A stretch of DNA of 64,000 nt from Octopus bimaculoides (lineage: Eukaryota): the NCBI RefSeq assembly GCF_001194135.2, contig NC_068988.1, positions 27,300,748-27,364,747 on the forward strand. The letters run 5' to 3'. Each line of letters begins with the position of its first letter. Position 1 is the stretch's first letter. Positions 37,262-48,484 of this stretch are shown here, piece after piece. A program made the translations under genes and the position numbers. Under the pieces are notes generated by a model. It was not told the origin of the DNA, did not search any database, and saw only the letters and a program-made list of their open reading frames with translations.

Positions 37262-38071
37262 AACGATAAAGCAACACTTTGTACATGTTTTTTTGTAAAG
37301 CTTTGTATTCTGAATAATATTATACACTTTTATTTATTTGCCAGTAGTGCCCATTTCTCATTTGCTAATGGCATCCCACTGTGAGACAACTTGGAGAAGT
37401 GTCTTCTAATATAGCCTTGGGTTGACTAATGATACTCCAGTGGGAAAGTGGCAATGCAGTCGTTTTTGTGATGCTTAGCAATAGGGTTGTTTCTGAAATG
37501 CTAATGGTGGAATTAAGCATGATGTGTTGGTGGTAAGTTTAGACAATATGATCCAGGTAATATGGTTGACTATGAGATGCTAGCAGAAGAATCAGCAGTG
37601 TAAATGGCAGATGTAGAATCAGAGTTATAATCCTGGTGAGAGAGTGAGTGATGTGATGCAGGTGATGAAGATAACAATGTGATACTGGTGGTAGAGCCAG
37701 CAATAAGATGCTTGCTGTAAGCTCATTTATGTGATCTTATAACAATAGGATCAATGAACGGATGCTTGTGGTAGGGTTAGTGATATGACTTGAGATAAAA
37801 ATTTAATCTCAACTCCAGAAAAGGTTCAAAGCTCAGATCTGACTAGATATCATCATCATCATTATCGTCATCATCATCATTGTTTCACTGTACATTTTCC
37901 ATGCTTGCCTGGATCAAATAGTTATTTGCTGCAATGGACTTTTTACATCAGGATGCTCCTCCTGTTGCTGCTCTTTACCTATCTCTGAGCAAAGTAATAT
38001 TTTCTCGTGAAGATTGGAAACAGACATTGTTTATACGATGGAGATGCCCATTTATAACTATTACACAATGC

Positions 38072-38103
<32 letters not shown>

Positions 38104-38451
38104 ATGCATTTGGTGCTGTGAGCTTATTTTGGCATATTTAGACCATTTGTCTAGAGTGAGAAATTTTCTCCATGAGAAAACACATGAATGGCTTTCTTAG
38201 AAGTTCGAATATACCCCAAGCGTATTTGAACTGCTAATAACTTTACATTTATGTATACAAGGTGTATTTTATAAATATGCTTGTTTAAGTATCATAATAA
38301 TATGAAACTATTAATAGCTCTTTCAGCTGTGTATTTAATTTGATATATATATATAAATTCTTGTATATTTCATCTTCCGTCTTTCATTTACCATATATAT
38401 ATATATGGAAAATGAAAGATGAAAGATGAAATATAAAAGAATTTATTAATA

Positions 38452-38559
38452 ATCACAACAATTGTTTCGACACATCTTGCATCGATCCCTCATGGAGGAA
38501 ATATACTCAACAACTGGTTCAGGAGCATCCAGCGGTGAAGATGTATCTTGTTGGATGAT
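38452..38559 (-). ncRNA. Fossil type I hammerhead (stems intact, core decayed)
   Basis: AUCAU-[CCAACAA in place of CUGAUGA]-GAUACAUC(63 nt)GAUGUGUC-GAA-ACAAUUGU-U|GUGAU. Confidence 0.6.
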
Positions 38560-38734
38560 AAATAAATACAACTTGTTAAAATAATAGTTCTGCTATGTAA
38601 CTTCTCATTTTGTAGAAAGAAAAGCAACCAGATGGAGGAAATATCTTCATTTATATAGAAGATCAAAAATAAAATTACAGATGGAAAAAAGAGAAACAAA
38701 CACGCAATCCAGTGAGAAAAGTATTATATATACC

Positions 38735-39015
38735 AGTGCCTCCTGACTGGTTTCTATGCCGGTGGCATGTAAAAAGCACCATTCGAGTGTGGTTGATGCC
38801 AGTGCCACTTGATTGGCTCCCATGCCGGTGGCACACAAAAAGCACCCACTACACTCTTGGAGTGGTTGGCTTTAGGAAAGGCATCCAGCTGTTGAAACCT
38901 TGCCAGATCAGATTGGGGCCTGATGCAGCCTCCTGGCTTGCCAGTCCTCAGTCAAACCATCCAACTCATGCTAGCATGGAAAGTGGACGTTAAAAGATGA
39001 TGATGATGATGATGC
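38735..39015 (+). mobile_element. RTE-type tail (family C)
   Basis: As at 33020-33415; ends (GAT)n. Confidence 0.8.
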
Positions 39016-41627
39016 ATGCATGCAACCACACACCCACATATAAACAACAAGCTTTTTTCAGTTTCTGTCCACCAAATTCACTCACAAGGCTTTGATTGAC
39101 CCAGAACTATAATAGAAGACTCTTGCTCAAGATGACATATTGTAGAACTGAACTTGAAACCATGCAATAGGGAAACAGCCTTCCTAACCACACAGCCATG
39201 TCCGTGCCTATTAAAAGATGCATAATGCTAAAATCTATAGATCACTTTTAGACAAGTTGGTTTCAACTCTAAATTATCAGTTCTAAGTTTGCTTCCATTC
39301 ATGGCAATCAAATAAATAACTAAAGATCCAGAAAATATTTATTGGTGTAGTTCATAAGAATGTTTAAAAAAAAGAATCTCTATTGTAAAGTTTAAAATTT
39401 AGCAAAAAATATAGAAGACTATTGCTAATCTTGTATATTACAAATTTACAAATAAAACATTTTTCAAAATGCTTAAGAACAAGTATGGATTTTTTAAAAG
39501 CTTGAATTATATTTCTGAAGATCTGCAACACACCTTGATAACCCATGCAGTGCTCTGCTGCATTGTGGTGTACCACTACATTTTGGTGTACTGTGGTACA
39601 CTGTTTGAGAATCACTATTTTATTCCAATATTTTGATATCGGTCATTAACCTAACATATCACTGGCTGAGAGTAAACTTGAATCTTTACTTTCGGTTGTT
39701 GAATGCTTTCTTTTCTCTAAGAAATAAACCTGTGTATGTATCCACATACATAAATATTTATACCTAAACTTACAGCTTCTTTGTGTGTATGTGCATGAAT
39801 TATGTGTTTTGCTCTCTGATTCTGTGTATATATTGTCATGCATATAGCTGCATGTTGATGTAGTTTCAGGTTTTATTGTGTTCATATATACAAGTGTACA
39901 GTTCTATGCATGGAAACATATACCTGCAAGGAAATGCTTGTGTGTTGTTCCATGTGTGTTGATGTATAAATATTGAAGTGTAGTATGCACACAGATTAGT
40001 TTTCCTAAACCATTATTCTTCTTGTGTCATTTCAGTATGCTAACCAAAAAAAAAAAAAAAGAAAGAAAAAGGATAACACTAACAATAATAAGATTAAGCA
40101 ACTGCAATAGCAACTGCAATGAGACAACTATAAACAAAAAAAAAAAAAACAATATTTTATCTTGACAAAAATGTATCTGTTGTTCAGAGAGTGTTAGTAA
40201 TTCGAAAGTGTAAAATACTAGAAAATAAAAACAATACCGAACTAAAAACTGCATGTAGAATACTGAGAGAATTAATTAAAATATAAACAAATCAACAAAC
40301 AAACAAACAAAGCAGTTGTTTAGAGAAATCTTAGGCTTTTCTCTGACAGCATTTATAATCTGCAGTAATGTTAAAGGTTTTTCTTAGAATTTAGAATAGC
40401 TTTCTGCAGAACAATAATTTTCCCAAATGGTTTACAATGAAATGTTTGTGTTTTGTTTTCAACAGTAAATATCAGGTAGCAATTTCAAGATTATTTCTTC
40501 TTTACAGAAACTGCCAGCTGCCTCTTCTGAATTGAGTACTTTATGACATCAATCTATCTTTAAAATTATTAATCGTAAACTCCCTTTTAATCTTTGAAAC
40601 ACATCATTGTTGAACACTTCCTTCAAACTTACCCACAAACCATCAATTTATAGAATCTGTTTTTACAGGTTTGTTTAACAAGAATCAATTCCTACCAGGA
40701 GCTGCCTCCCTGAAATTAAAACATGATTGGTATTAGTTTACTAACAATCTAAAGTTAAAACTTTGTTTGTTAAGAATTGTGAATTTACCCATAAAGTTAG
40801 TTTTTTTTCGTGCATCATTTTCCTGAAATTCATTGGATCTCACAATTATTGGCAAGGATGTGTCATCAACATCATCATCATCATCATCATCATCAATCAA
40901 CGCCACCATCACCATCATCATTACCACCACCACCACCACCACCGTCGCCGCCACCATCACCACTATTTATCATTCATTTTCCATGCTGAGATGAGTTGGA
41001 TAGTTTAACAGGAGACATTGAGCATTTAACTGGTGCTGAGGTGTTTACATCCCCTAACTTAGTGGTTCAGCAAATGTAACTGATAGAATGAGTACCAGGC
41101 TTTAAAAAAAAAGTACTGGGGCCAATTCATTCAATGAAAATATTCTTGAAGTTAGTACCCCAGCATGGCCACAGACTAATGACTGAAACAAGTAAAAGAT
41201 AAAAGATATACATATATATGATGCACTTCCACATAGTTTTCATCTATAAAATCTAGTCATAAGGCTTTGGTTGGCCCAGGGCTCTAGCAGAAGTCTATAG
41301 GTGCCATGCAGTGGAACTGAAACCAGAACCATGTAGTTAGGAAGCAAGCATCTTACCACAAAGCCATGCCACCAACAGGACCAACCAATAACTTTTTTTT
41401 GTCTCAGGCTGAAGCAAAGTCTACTGTACACTTAAACACACTGTCAAAATATGTACCTCTTGCTGGAAATATTCCAACCTCTTAATTAAATTTATTTAAT
41501 TAATTATTCTTTTGACTTTTCCTTTCTTATGCAACTGACTCTCTCCAGAAATGTCAGCTTGCCCTCGTTATTCTAATTACAAAAATAAACTAAAAAATAT
41601 GTACATATATATATGTACAATACAATA

Positions 41628-41658
<31 letters not shown>

Positions 41659-42028
41659 GCATGTGTATGCATATATATATATGTACATATAAATATATGC
41701 ACACACATATGGATACATGTTTGTTGTTATTTACACACCCGTCTTCATCTTTTGTTTTTTTTGTATATATATGTGTGTGTATGTGTGCGTATATATGTAT
41801 ATATATGTATATATATATATATGTATGTATGTATGTATGTATATATGTATGCATGTACATATGCACCCACACATGCATATACATGCACATGTGTGCATGT
41901 GTATGAGTGTACCTACATTAAAAATACTGTTAATCACAAAGGATCTAATTAATAATTACATTCTTTGCTATAAGCATGCACTGAAAGGTATGCCAGAAGT
42001 CATACATATTGCATTATTATTATTTCCA

Positions 42029-42085
<57 letters not shown>

Positions 42086-43162
42086 TATTCACAAAAATGA
42101 CATATCTAGTATAAAGCATAACTTCACTATCTTTTCCTCTCAAAATACAACAAAGTATTAGATTTCGGCAACTGTAGTAAGACTTGAAGTAAAATTATTA
42201 GCAGTCATTGTGCGACATTAATTAGCAACCAGCTTCAGCTATGATGCTTCTCTCCAGAAACTAACATTCTGCTTCTGGCAACATACTCAGAGTTGTTTTT
42301 AATCAGACTACACAACATTTCTTAAGAGTTTATTTTGGCAGTCTAGCTGAGAATCATGCAACGATTTCATTGGTTGAATCTAATGTAATGTAGCAGAGGA
42401 TCATAACTAGAGGTTATTTTATTAATCTTTGTTAATCAGATTTATTTAGCGAGATTTAATAACAATAAAAAAAATATTTATCTGTAATCTTTACATAGAA
42501 TTTAGATGAATATATTTTTAAATCAGCTGCTCACAAGCAGATTTTGAATTTGAAAAAAATTTGATGTTTAAAAATGTTACTTGGAAAAGTTAGCAAACTT
42601 TGTATACTATTTGCAGAGTACCTGTCAAAAATAACTTGGTTCATTTGAGTATGGAATAAATTCAGCAAAAATAAATTTTAGCATAAAAATATTTCGTGTA
42701 ATAATTTCTCAGTTCTATAACTTTACCTCAACTTCATAGTCTTCAGTTTGTAATTTCAGTTTAGTCCAGTACCTTGATCTACTCACTTACATGCAACTAC
42801 TTCTGTATTATATTTACAATCAGCAAGATACAGAAGTTATTTTCTCACGAAATGATATTCTTTTGGTTCAATGTGAATGTTAGACAACTAGATAATATAA
42901 CTTGTGTTTTCTCACTTCATTATTAATTACTTGCTGATTGTATCTTTAAATTTTGGGAATACCAACTACTTCAGTATAGTCCCTAGATCCATCAGCACTT
43001 ACACATGGACCTGTTTATAATCAAAATATACATTCGCAGATTAAAAAAAAAGCCCAATCTCTTTTAAACATATACACTTTCCATTATACTCTTTTACTTG
43101 TTTCAGTTATTTGACTGTGGCCATGCTGGAGCACCGCCTTTAGTTGATCAGGACGTATAGCG

Positions 43163-43273
43163 TATCTTCAGACCCCAAGACTTGTTGGCCTAAGACCTCT
43201 TTAAAATATGAAGACTTTTCCCCTTCATATTTTAAAGAGGCCTTAGGCCAACAGGTCTTGGGGTCTGAAGATA
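43163..43273. repeat. 51-bp inverted repeat (2 mismatches) with a 9-nt loop
   Basis: tatcttcagaccccaagac..aaaatatgaag / cttcatatttt..ggggtctgaagata. Confidence 0.95.
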
Positions 43274-43327
43274 TAGATATGCGATAAAGTTAAACCCTTT
43301 ATGGACAGGAAACCCAGGGTAACCCCA
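43259..43327 (+). ncRNA. Type I hammerhead motif with a degenerate proximal stem II
   Basis: UGGGGU-CUGAAGA-[37 nt including the AUAAAG(UUAAACC)CUUUAU hairpin]-GAA-ACCCAGGGU-A|ACCCCA. Confidence 0.72.
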
Positions 43328-43570
43328 TAAACTGGCCATTCACCAGGAAAAAATATATACATATATATATATATATATAGCAATAAGAAAATGTAGGGGA
43401 ATATGAGATACTCATCAACCTGCAGACACTGCATTCTGTTGATTAATCTGTTTATTTTATAACTAAATTGACAAAAAACACAATATACAGACACTTATGA
43501 CATACCATGTCATACCAACAATTAAGATTTCAAATTTAAAGGACATTTAGCAATTGGAGAAGGGACAAAA

Positions 43571-43692
43571 TCTTACAGCTGTTTCGGCCTAGCGTTGGCG
43601 TGCCCCATTCTATCTCTATTGCTCCCGTACACTGGAGTAATTAGTAGATGAAAATGATGTAATGGGGGTACATGCATAATTTGCTAGGCCTC
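43571..43692 (-). ncRNA. 5'-truncated hammerhead remnant (CUGAU and stem I 5' arm missing)
   Basis: GA-GGCCUAGC(89 nt)GCUAGGCC-GAA-ACAGCUGU-A|AGA; canonical G10.1-C11.1; palindromic stem III. Confidence 0.55.
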
Positions 43693-43804
43693 TGTATTTT
43701 TATTTATTTTTGCTGGCCTTTTCTTGTCAGGGTTATCATTGTCATGCTGGTCAGGGTCACCATTGTAACAAGCCTGCTGAAGACCATTGCCGTGTAGTTG
43801 GTCT
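43684..43804 (-). CDS. Candidate terminal exon of an unidentified gene (DQLHGNGLQQACYNGDPDQHDNDNPDKKRPAKINKNTEA*), phase 2
   Basis: Strong acceptor cagtctttttttctttctag|A; 121 nt open to TAG; no homology recognised. Confidence 0.35.
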
Positions 43805-44533
43805 CTAGAAAGAAAAAAAGACTGAATGTAAGATCAGTTTGGCTGCATGTAACATTGAAATAAGCAAACTCCCAAACGTTCAACCATATTTTATTGATAG
43901 AAAAACTGTGCATATAAGCATGGAAATTATCATAAATTCACTAGTTATCAGGATAGTAAGTAGGAATAAATTTATGGTGTTGGCTTAGACATTATTTACT
44001 TGGAAGAGAAAAACATAGATACAAATACTGCTGCACATTTTAAAAGATTGGAGAAGAAAACTGTAAATCTGTCTTACTTGAGGACTAGCAGTAGTCTACC
44101 ATGATCTTTCTTTTTTGAATGCTAACTGCATTCTACCATAATTTAGGTGCCACATTGTTTAACTAGGGTGAAAGGGCACAAATTTTTAGAGTATTGAAGA
44201 AGCCAAATCACATTACATCTTCACACTGATTGGGTGACTTTTAGATCAATCATGCGAACATGTTGTGGAATATATATTTATAAAGCATATTACTCTACCT
44301 CTGGTATTCGAGTACTATTTTTTCCACCTTGTTTCACATTCATGCGTTACACTATATGTATGTATGCATTGATGCTGATAGATATAAGGAATTTTTCATG
44401 TTATAAATGTAGTCAGAAATTCACCCTATGGTGTTTATAAGGCATTCGTCAATACGCTTCGTTTTCATTTTGCGTAGATAAAGGTCACTTTTTTAACGAA
44501 AGTATATAGCAAGATTATTGCTCGCTCGCTCTG

Positions 44534-44581
<48 letters not shown>

Positions 44582-45704
44582 NNNNNNNNNNATTTTAACG
44601 AATTGAGAAACACACTGGCCAAATTCAGTTAAGAACGATCTATAGAATATGTGTAGAGAAAATACTGGTTCATTTATTTATATCTTTTTAAGAAATATGA
44701 ATAGTTTTTTTACTATTCTTCGTTATTTTAAATACGCAATGTAAGAATACATTTTAAGAAATACGCATATGTCATGTAGAGCTAACGTTAATGAATACAG
44801 AGCCAGGCGAAATACGTATAATTCAATGTCATTTTAGGCATTTTTCGCCATAATCAAATTAATTTTAGCAATGACGCAACCCCGATCGTTGTTAATTATA
44901 GTAGAATAACATTGTTTTTTTATTTTCATTATCTAAGTTACATTTTTTTTTTCTTTTTCTGTTCATATATTACAAAACACAGATTAGAAATCTCTAGGCA
45001 AGATGATTCCTTCTTCCTTTCAATGTCTCTTTTTCTCCTCTGCCGGAAAACGGGTAAAAAAAATTGACTTCGAGTTATATATGAATGGAAGTTAACTTAA
45101 TCAGCTATTACTTTTTTTTTTGCAATTTTATGTTAGATTATATTTTGATTTTAGAACGTACGACAAAATAAAGAATGAGAAAAAAATTTTTTCCTTTCAT
45201 ATTTGTTCATTAATTCATGACAAAATCCTTTTCTCTCTCCACCTTTCGATATCAAACTACAATACTCGCTTTCCTGCTCTAGTTTTTTTCAACTTTCCAA
45301 TAATTCTTATCCGCTATTTATTAATATTTGTTTACTTTTTTGTGAGCTTAATATTGCAAAGCAAAAATCTCTAGTTATTATTTGTAAATTAGAAGAGCCC
45401 ATTAATTCACATGTTTTGCTTCTTGCTGGGGAATGTCTTTCGTTGAAACATGCAAGTTTAACCATTGAATATTTTGCCGTGTTTCATGCTTAAAATCTAT
45501 TTGGGTTATTCAATATCAACGTGATTAATTTCTTTCCCAAGACCAACATGAAACTTCGAATTTATATTCCGGTTTTCACTCAATTCTGAATTTTTTAAGA
45601 GTTCTCTAAAATATATCAATGAATGACTTTCATATTAACAAGAAATCATAATAAACTATTAATAATAATAATAACAATGATTTCAATTTTTTGCCACAAG
45701 GGCA

Positions 45705-45850
45705 GCTTGGGGGAGGGGATTAAGTTGATTACATCGACCCTAGTGTGTAATTAGTAATAATTTAATCGACCACCGAAAGGATGAAAGGCAAAGTCGAGCT
45801 CGGCGGAATTTGAATTCAGAACGTAGCGACTGGCGAAATATCGCTAAGTC
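45705..45850 (-). mobile_element. OK-like SINE (family B)
   Basis: atcgaccctagtg..ccgaaaggatgaaaggcaaagtcgagctcggcggaatttgaattcagaacgtag. Confidence 0.8.
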
Positions 45851-46440
45851 AGAGTACTTACGCTTTTTTTATAAATCTGGCACTTGTTCTCTTGGTCTCT
45901 TTTGCTGAACCACTAAGTAACAGGCAATGTAAACAAACCAGCACTGGTTGTCAAGCAGTGGGGGAAGAACAAACATATAAATGATGATGATGGCTTCCAC
46001 TGATGTTCTGACTTAACTGACAACAAAAATCTAGTTTTGAAATAATATTCTTCAGTTATCTCTCCCTCTTCTCTGTAATACTTCATCTTAACACCTCTCA
46101 TATCCGTTATCATTCTAAACACCCTCTTATATTCACCACCAATACACTAATTTACTCTTTGTGCCATTGTCTAGCATTAAAAAGACCATCTGGTGCCTCC
46201 ATACCTCAGTACAGTGAGCCCCTTATATCAGCTCTCATTTACATAACACTTTTCAGCTCTCATTTACATAACACTTAACTGCCCACAACCCTATAGAGTA
46301 CTATTAAAATTACAAATAAGTGCACCATCAGTAAAATTATGTCAATAACCTGTTTCAGTTGGTGAATGTAGTCATTTCTCTTCATTTGTTGTCAATATTA
46401 TTTAAAAAAAGGCTTAAGTGCCTCACAATCATTTTCTTAC

Positions 46441-46533
46441 TTCTGTGCTGAGCTGTTCAATCTGATGACGAGAATCAGCCAATTTAGAAACAGCTCTTTC
46501 AAAAGAACAGTTGGAAAATTGCTGAGCTAAAGT
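46441..46533 (-). CDS. Candidate internal exon, phase 0/0 (TLAQQFSNCSFERAVSKLADSRHQIEQLSTE), coiled-coil-like
   Basis: Acceptor ttttaataatag|ACT, donor GAA|gtaaga; 93 nt open; protein family not recognised. Confidence 0.5.
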
Positions 46534-47270
46534 CTATTATTAAAATTGTATATCCTGTTATCAGTATTATCTATTCAATTTTCTGTGTATGGATTTTGTG
46601 TTTTATCAGACCAAAATTTCAATATATGTACCTTGCAAATGCAAAATATTATCAAAAGCAAAATTACATTTCTAGACAATCTCAAAAGGTTTCAAAAATT
46701 ACTATTCACAATGGGCTTTAGATTAGGATAAATTTATCCATTGTGTGTGTGTNNNNNNNNNNNNNNNNNNNNNNNNNNNNNNNNNNNNNNNNNNNNNNNN
46801 NNNNNNNNNNNNNNNNNNNNNNNNNNNNNNNNNNNNNNNNNNNNNNNNNNNNNNNNNNNNNNNNNNNNNNNNNNNNNNNNNNNNNNNNNNNNNNNNNNNN
46901 NNNNNNNNNNNNNNNNNNNNNNNNNNNNNNNNNNNNNNNNNNNNNNNNNNNNNNNNNNNNNNNNNNNNNNNNNNNNNNNNNNNNNNNNNNNNNNNNNNNN
47001 NNNNNNNNNNNNNNNNNNNNNNNNNNNNNNNNNNNNNNNNNNNNNNNNNNNNNNNNNNNNNNNNNNNNNNNNNNNNNNNNNNNNNNNNNNNNNNNNNNNN
47101 NNNNNNNNNNNNNNNNNNNNNNNNNNNNNNNNNNNNNNNNNNNNNNNNNNNNNNNNNNNNNNNNNNNNNGCCTTAGCAATGGCAGAGGTATTGTTTTCAG
47201 TTATGCTTGTTTGTTTGTTTAACAAATGCATAAACGTAACTATTTTAATTGTTTTATTACAAATTGCTGA

Positions 47271-47642
47271 GTGGAAGCGCAATGGCCCAGTGGTTAGGGC
47301 AGCGGACACGTGGTCATAGGATCGCGGTTTCGATTCCCAGACCGGGCGTTGTGAGTGATTATTGAACGAAAACACCTAAAAGCTCCACGAGGCTCCGGCA
47401 GGGGATGATGGCGAACCCTGCTGTACTCTTTCACCACAACTTTCTCTCACGCTTACTTCCTGTTTCTGTTGTGCCCCTTGTAATTCAAAGGACCAGCATT
47501 GTCACACTGTATCACGCTGAATATCCCCGAGAACTACGTTAAGGGTACACGTGACTGTGGAGTGCTCTGTCACTTGCACGTTCCGTTGATCGGATCAACT
47601 GGAACCCTTGACGTCGTAAGCGACGGAGTGCCAACAACAACA
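47271..47642 (+). mobile_element. Full-length OR-like tRNA-derived SINE with a 13-bp TSD
   Basis: TACAAATTGCTGA at 47258-47270 and 47643-47655; A/B-box-like tRNA head; (CAA)n tail. Confidence 0.9.
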
Positions 47643-47789
47643 TACAAATTGCTGAAGGGATATCTACTTTCAAACAGTTGGAATGAAAAAGGTTTAGGTG
47701 CCTCTGATTGTAAGTATTTTATCGTTATCTTTTGTTATTATGGTCACAGCATAAAAAGAAATCATTATTAGTATCACTACGTTGGACTA

Positions 47790-47950
47790 AATGTTTAGCA
47801 ACATTTCTTTTGGCTCTTATTCTGAGGCTGAATTCCACCGAGGTCGACTTTGCATTTCATCCTATCAGGGTCGAAATGGGTACCAATTAAGCATTAGTGT
47901 AATCAACTATCCCAGCCTCCTTAAATTTCAGGCCTTGCGCCTATAGTAGG
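47790..47950 (+). mobile_element. OK-like SINE (family B), diverged
   Basis: ccaccgaggtcgactttgcatttcatcctatcaggggtcga. Confidence 0.6.
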
Positions 47951-48227
47951 AACGATTATTGTTACGTTTAAGTTGTATATAAGTTTTCTATGAGAAGCAG
48001 TTGCTTTGCCCTTCGGCCATTTTCTGGAGAAAAGGATTTGACGAGTGGTCTTCAACTCTCCACAGCACAGCTTAGTCGATTGTGAGAAAGAGAGAGAGGG
48101 AGAGAGAGAGAGAGAGAGAGTCAATCGCAGTACTTGACTGGCACTTTGATTATCGACGACAGAAGAATGAAATGATGAGGAACATAAAAATTCATAAATA
48201 CTGTGTCAATTTTTCGTTCAAAATCAT

Positions 48228-48484
48228 GGTACTACTAAAGCAGCACGGTCCCGAAGGCGCAGTCGTGCAGTCGCGCGTCCGCGCTAGCTAGTCGTGAGTG
48301 GTCGATCCTAACCCTAACCCTAACCCTAAACACGTATTCATTTGCACACGCGGGTTAGGGTTAGGGTTAGGGATAGGGTTAGGGTTAAGGTTATGGACAG
48401 GGTTAGGGTTAGGATCGACCACTCAAGACTAGCTAGCGCGGACGCGCGACTGCGCGTTCGGGACCGTGCTGCTTTAGTAGTACC
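48228..48484. mobile_element. 257-bp foldback MITE (Mutator-like) containing inverted telomeric repeats
   Basis: 9-bp TSD CAAAATCAT at 48219-48227 and 48485-48493; TIRs GGTACTACTAAAGCAGCACGGTCCCGAA..; (CCCTAA)n at 48307-48329 and (TTAGGG)n at 48352-48413. Confidence 0.9.

Noticed and set aside
30823-42100. His/Ile/Tyr/Cys/Val-rich ORFs
   Set aside because: Translations of (AT)n, (AC)n and (ATGT)n microsatellites.
46449-46496. Type III hammerhead-like GAGCTGT..CTGATGA..GAAACAGCTC
   Set aside because: No room for stem I, no stem II; better explained by the minus-strand exon.
47271-47350. tRNA gene (also at 51606)
   Set aside because: tRNA-like head continues into a SINE body with tail and TSD; no proper acceptor stem.
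1399-47375. Long ORFs full of X in the supplied track
   Set aside because: They only span N-gaps.
48307-48413. Telomere or chromosome-fusion scar
   Set aside because: Short arrays enclosed by TIRs and a 9-bp TSD indicate a transposon.
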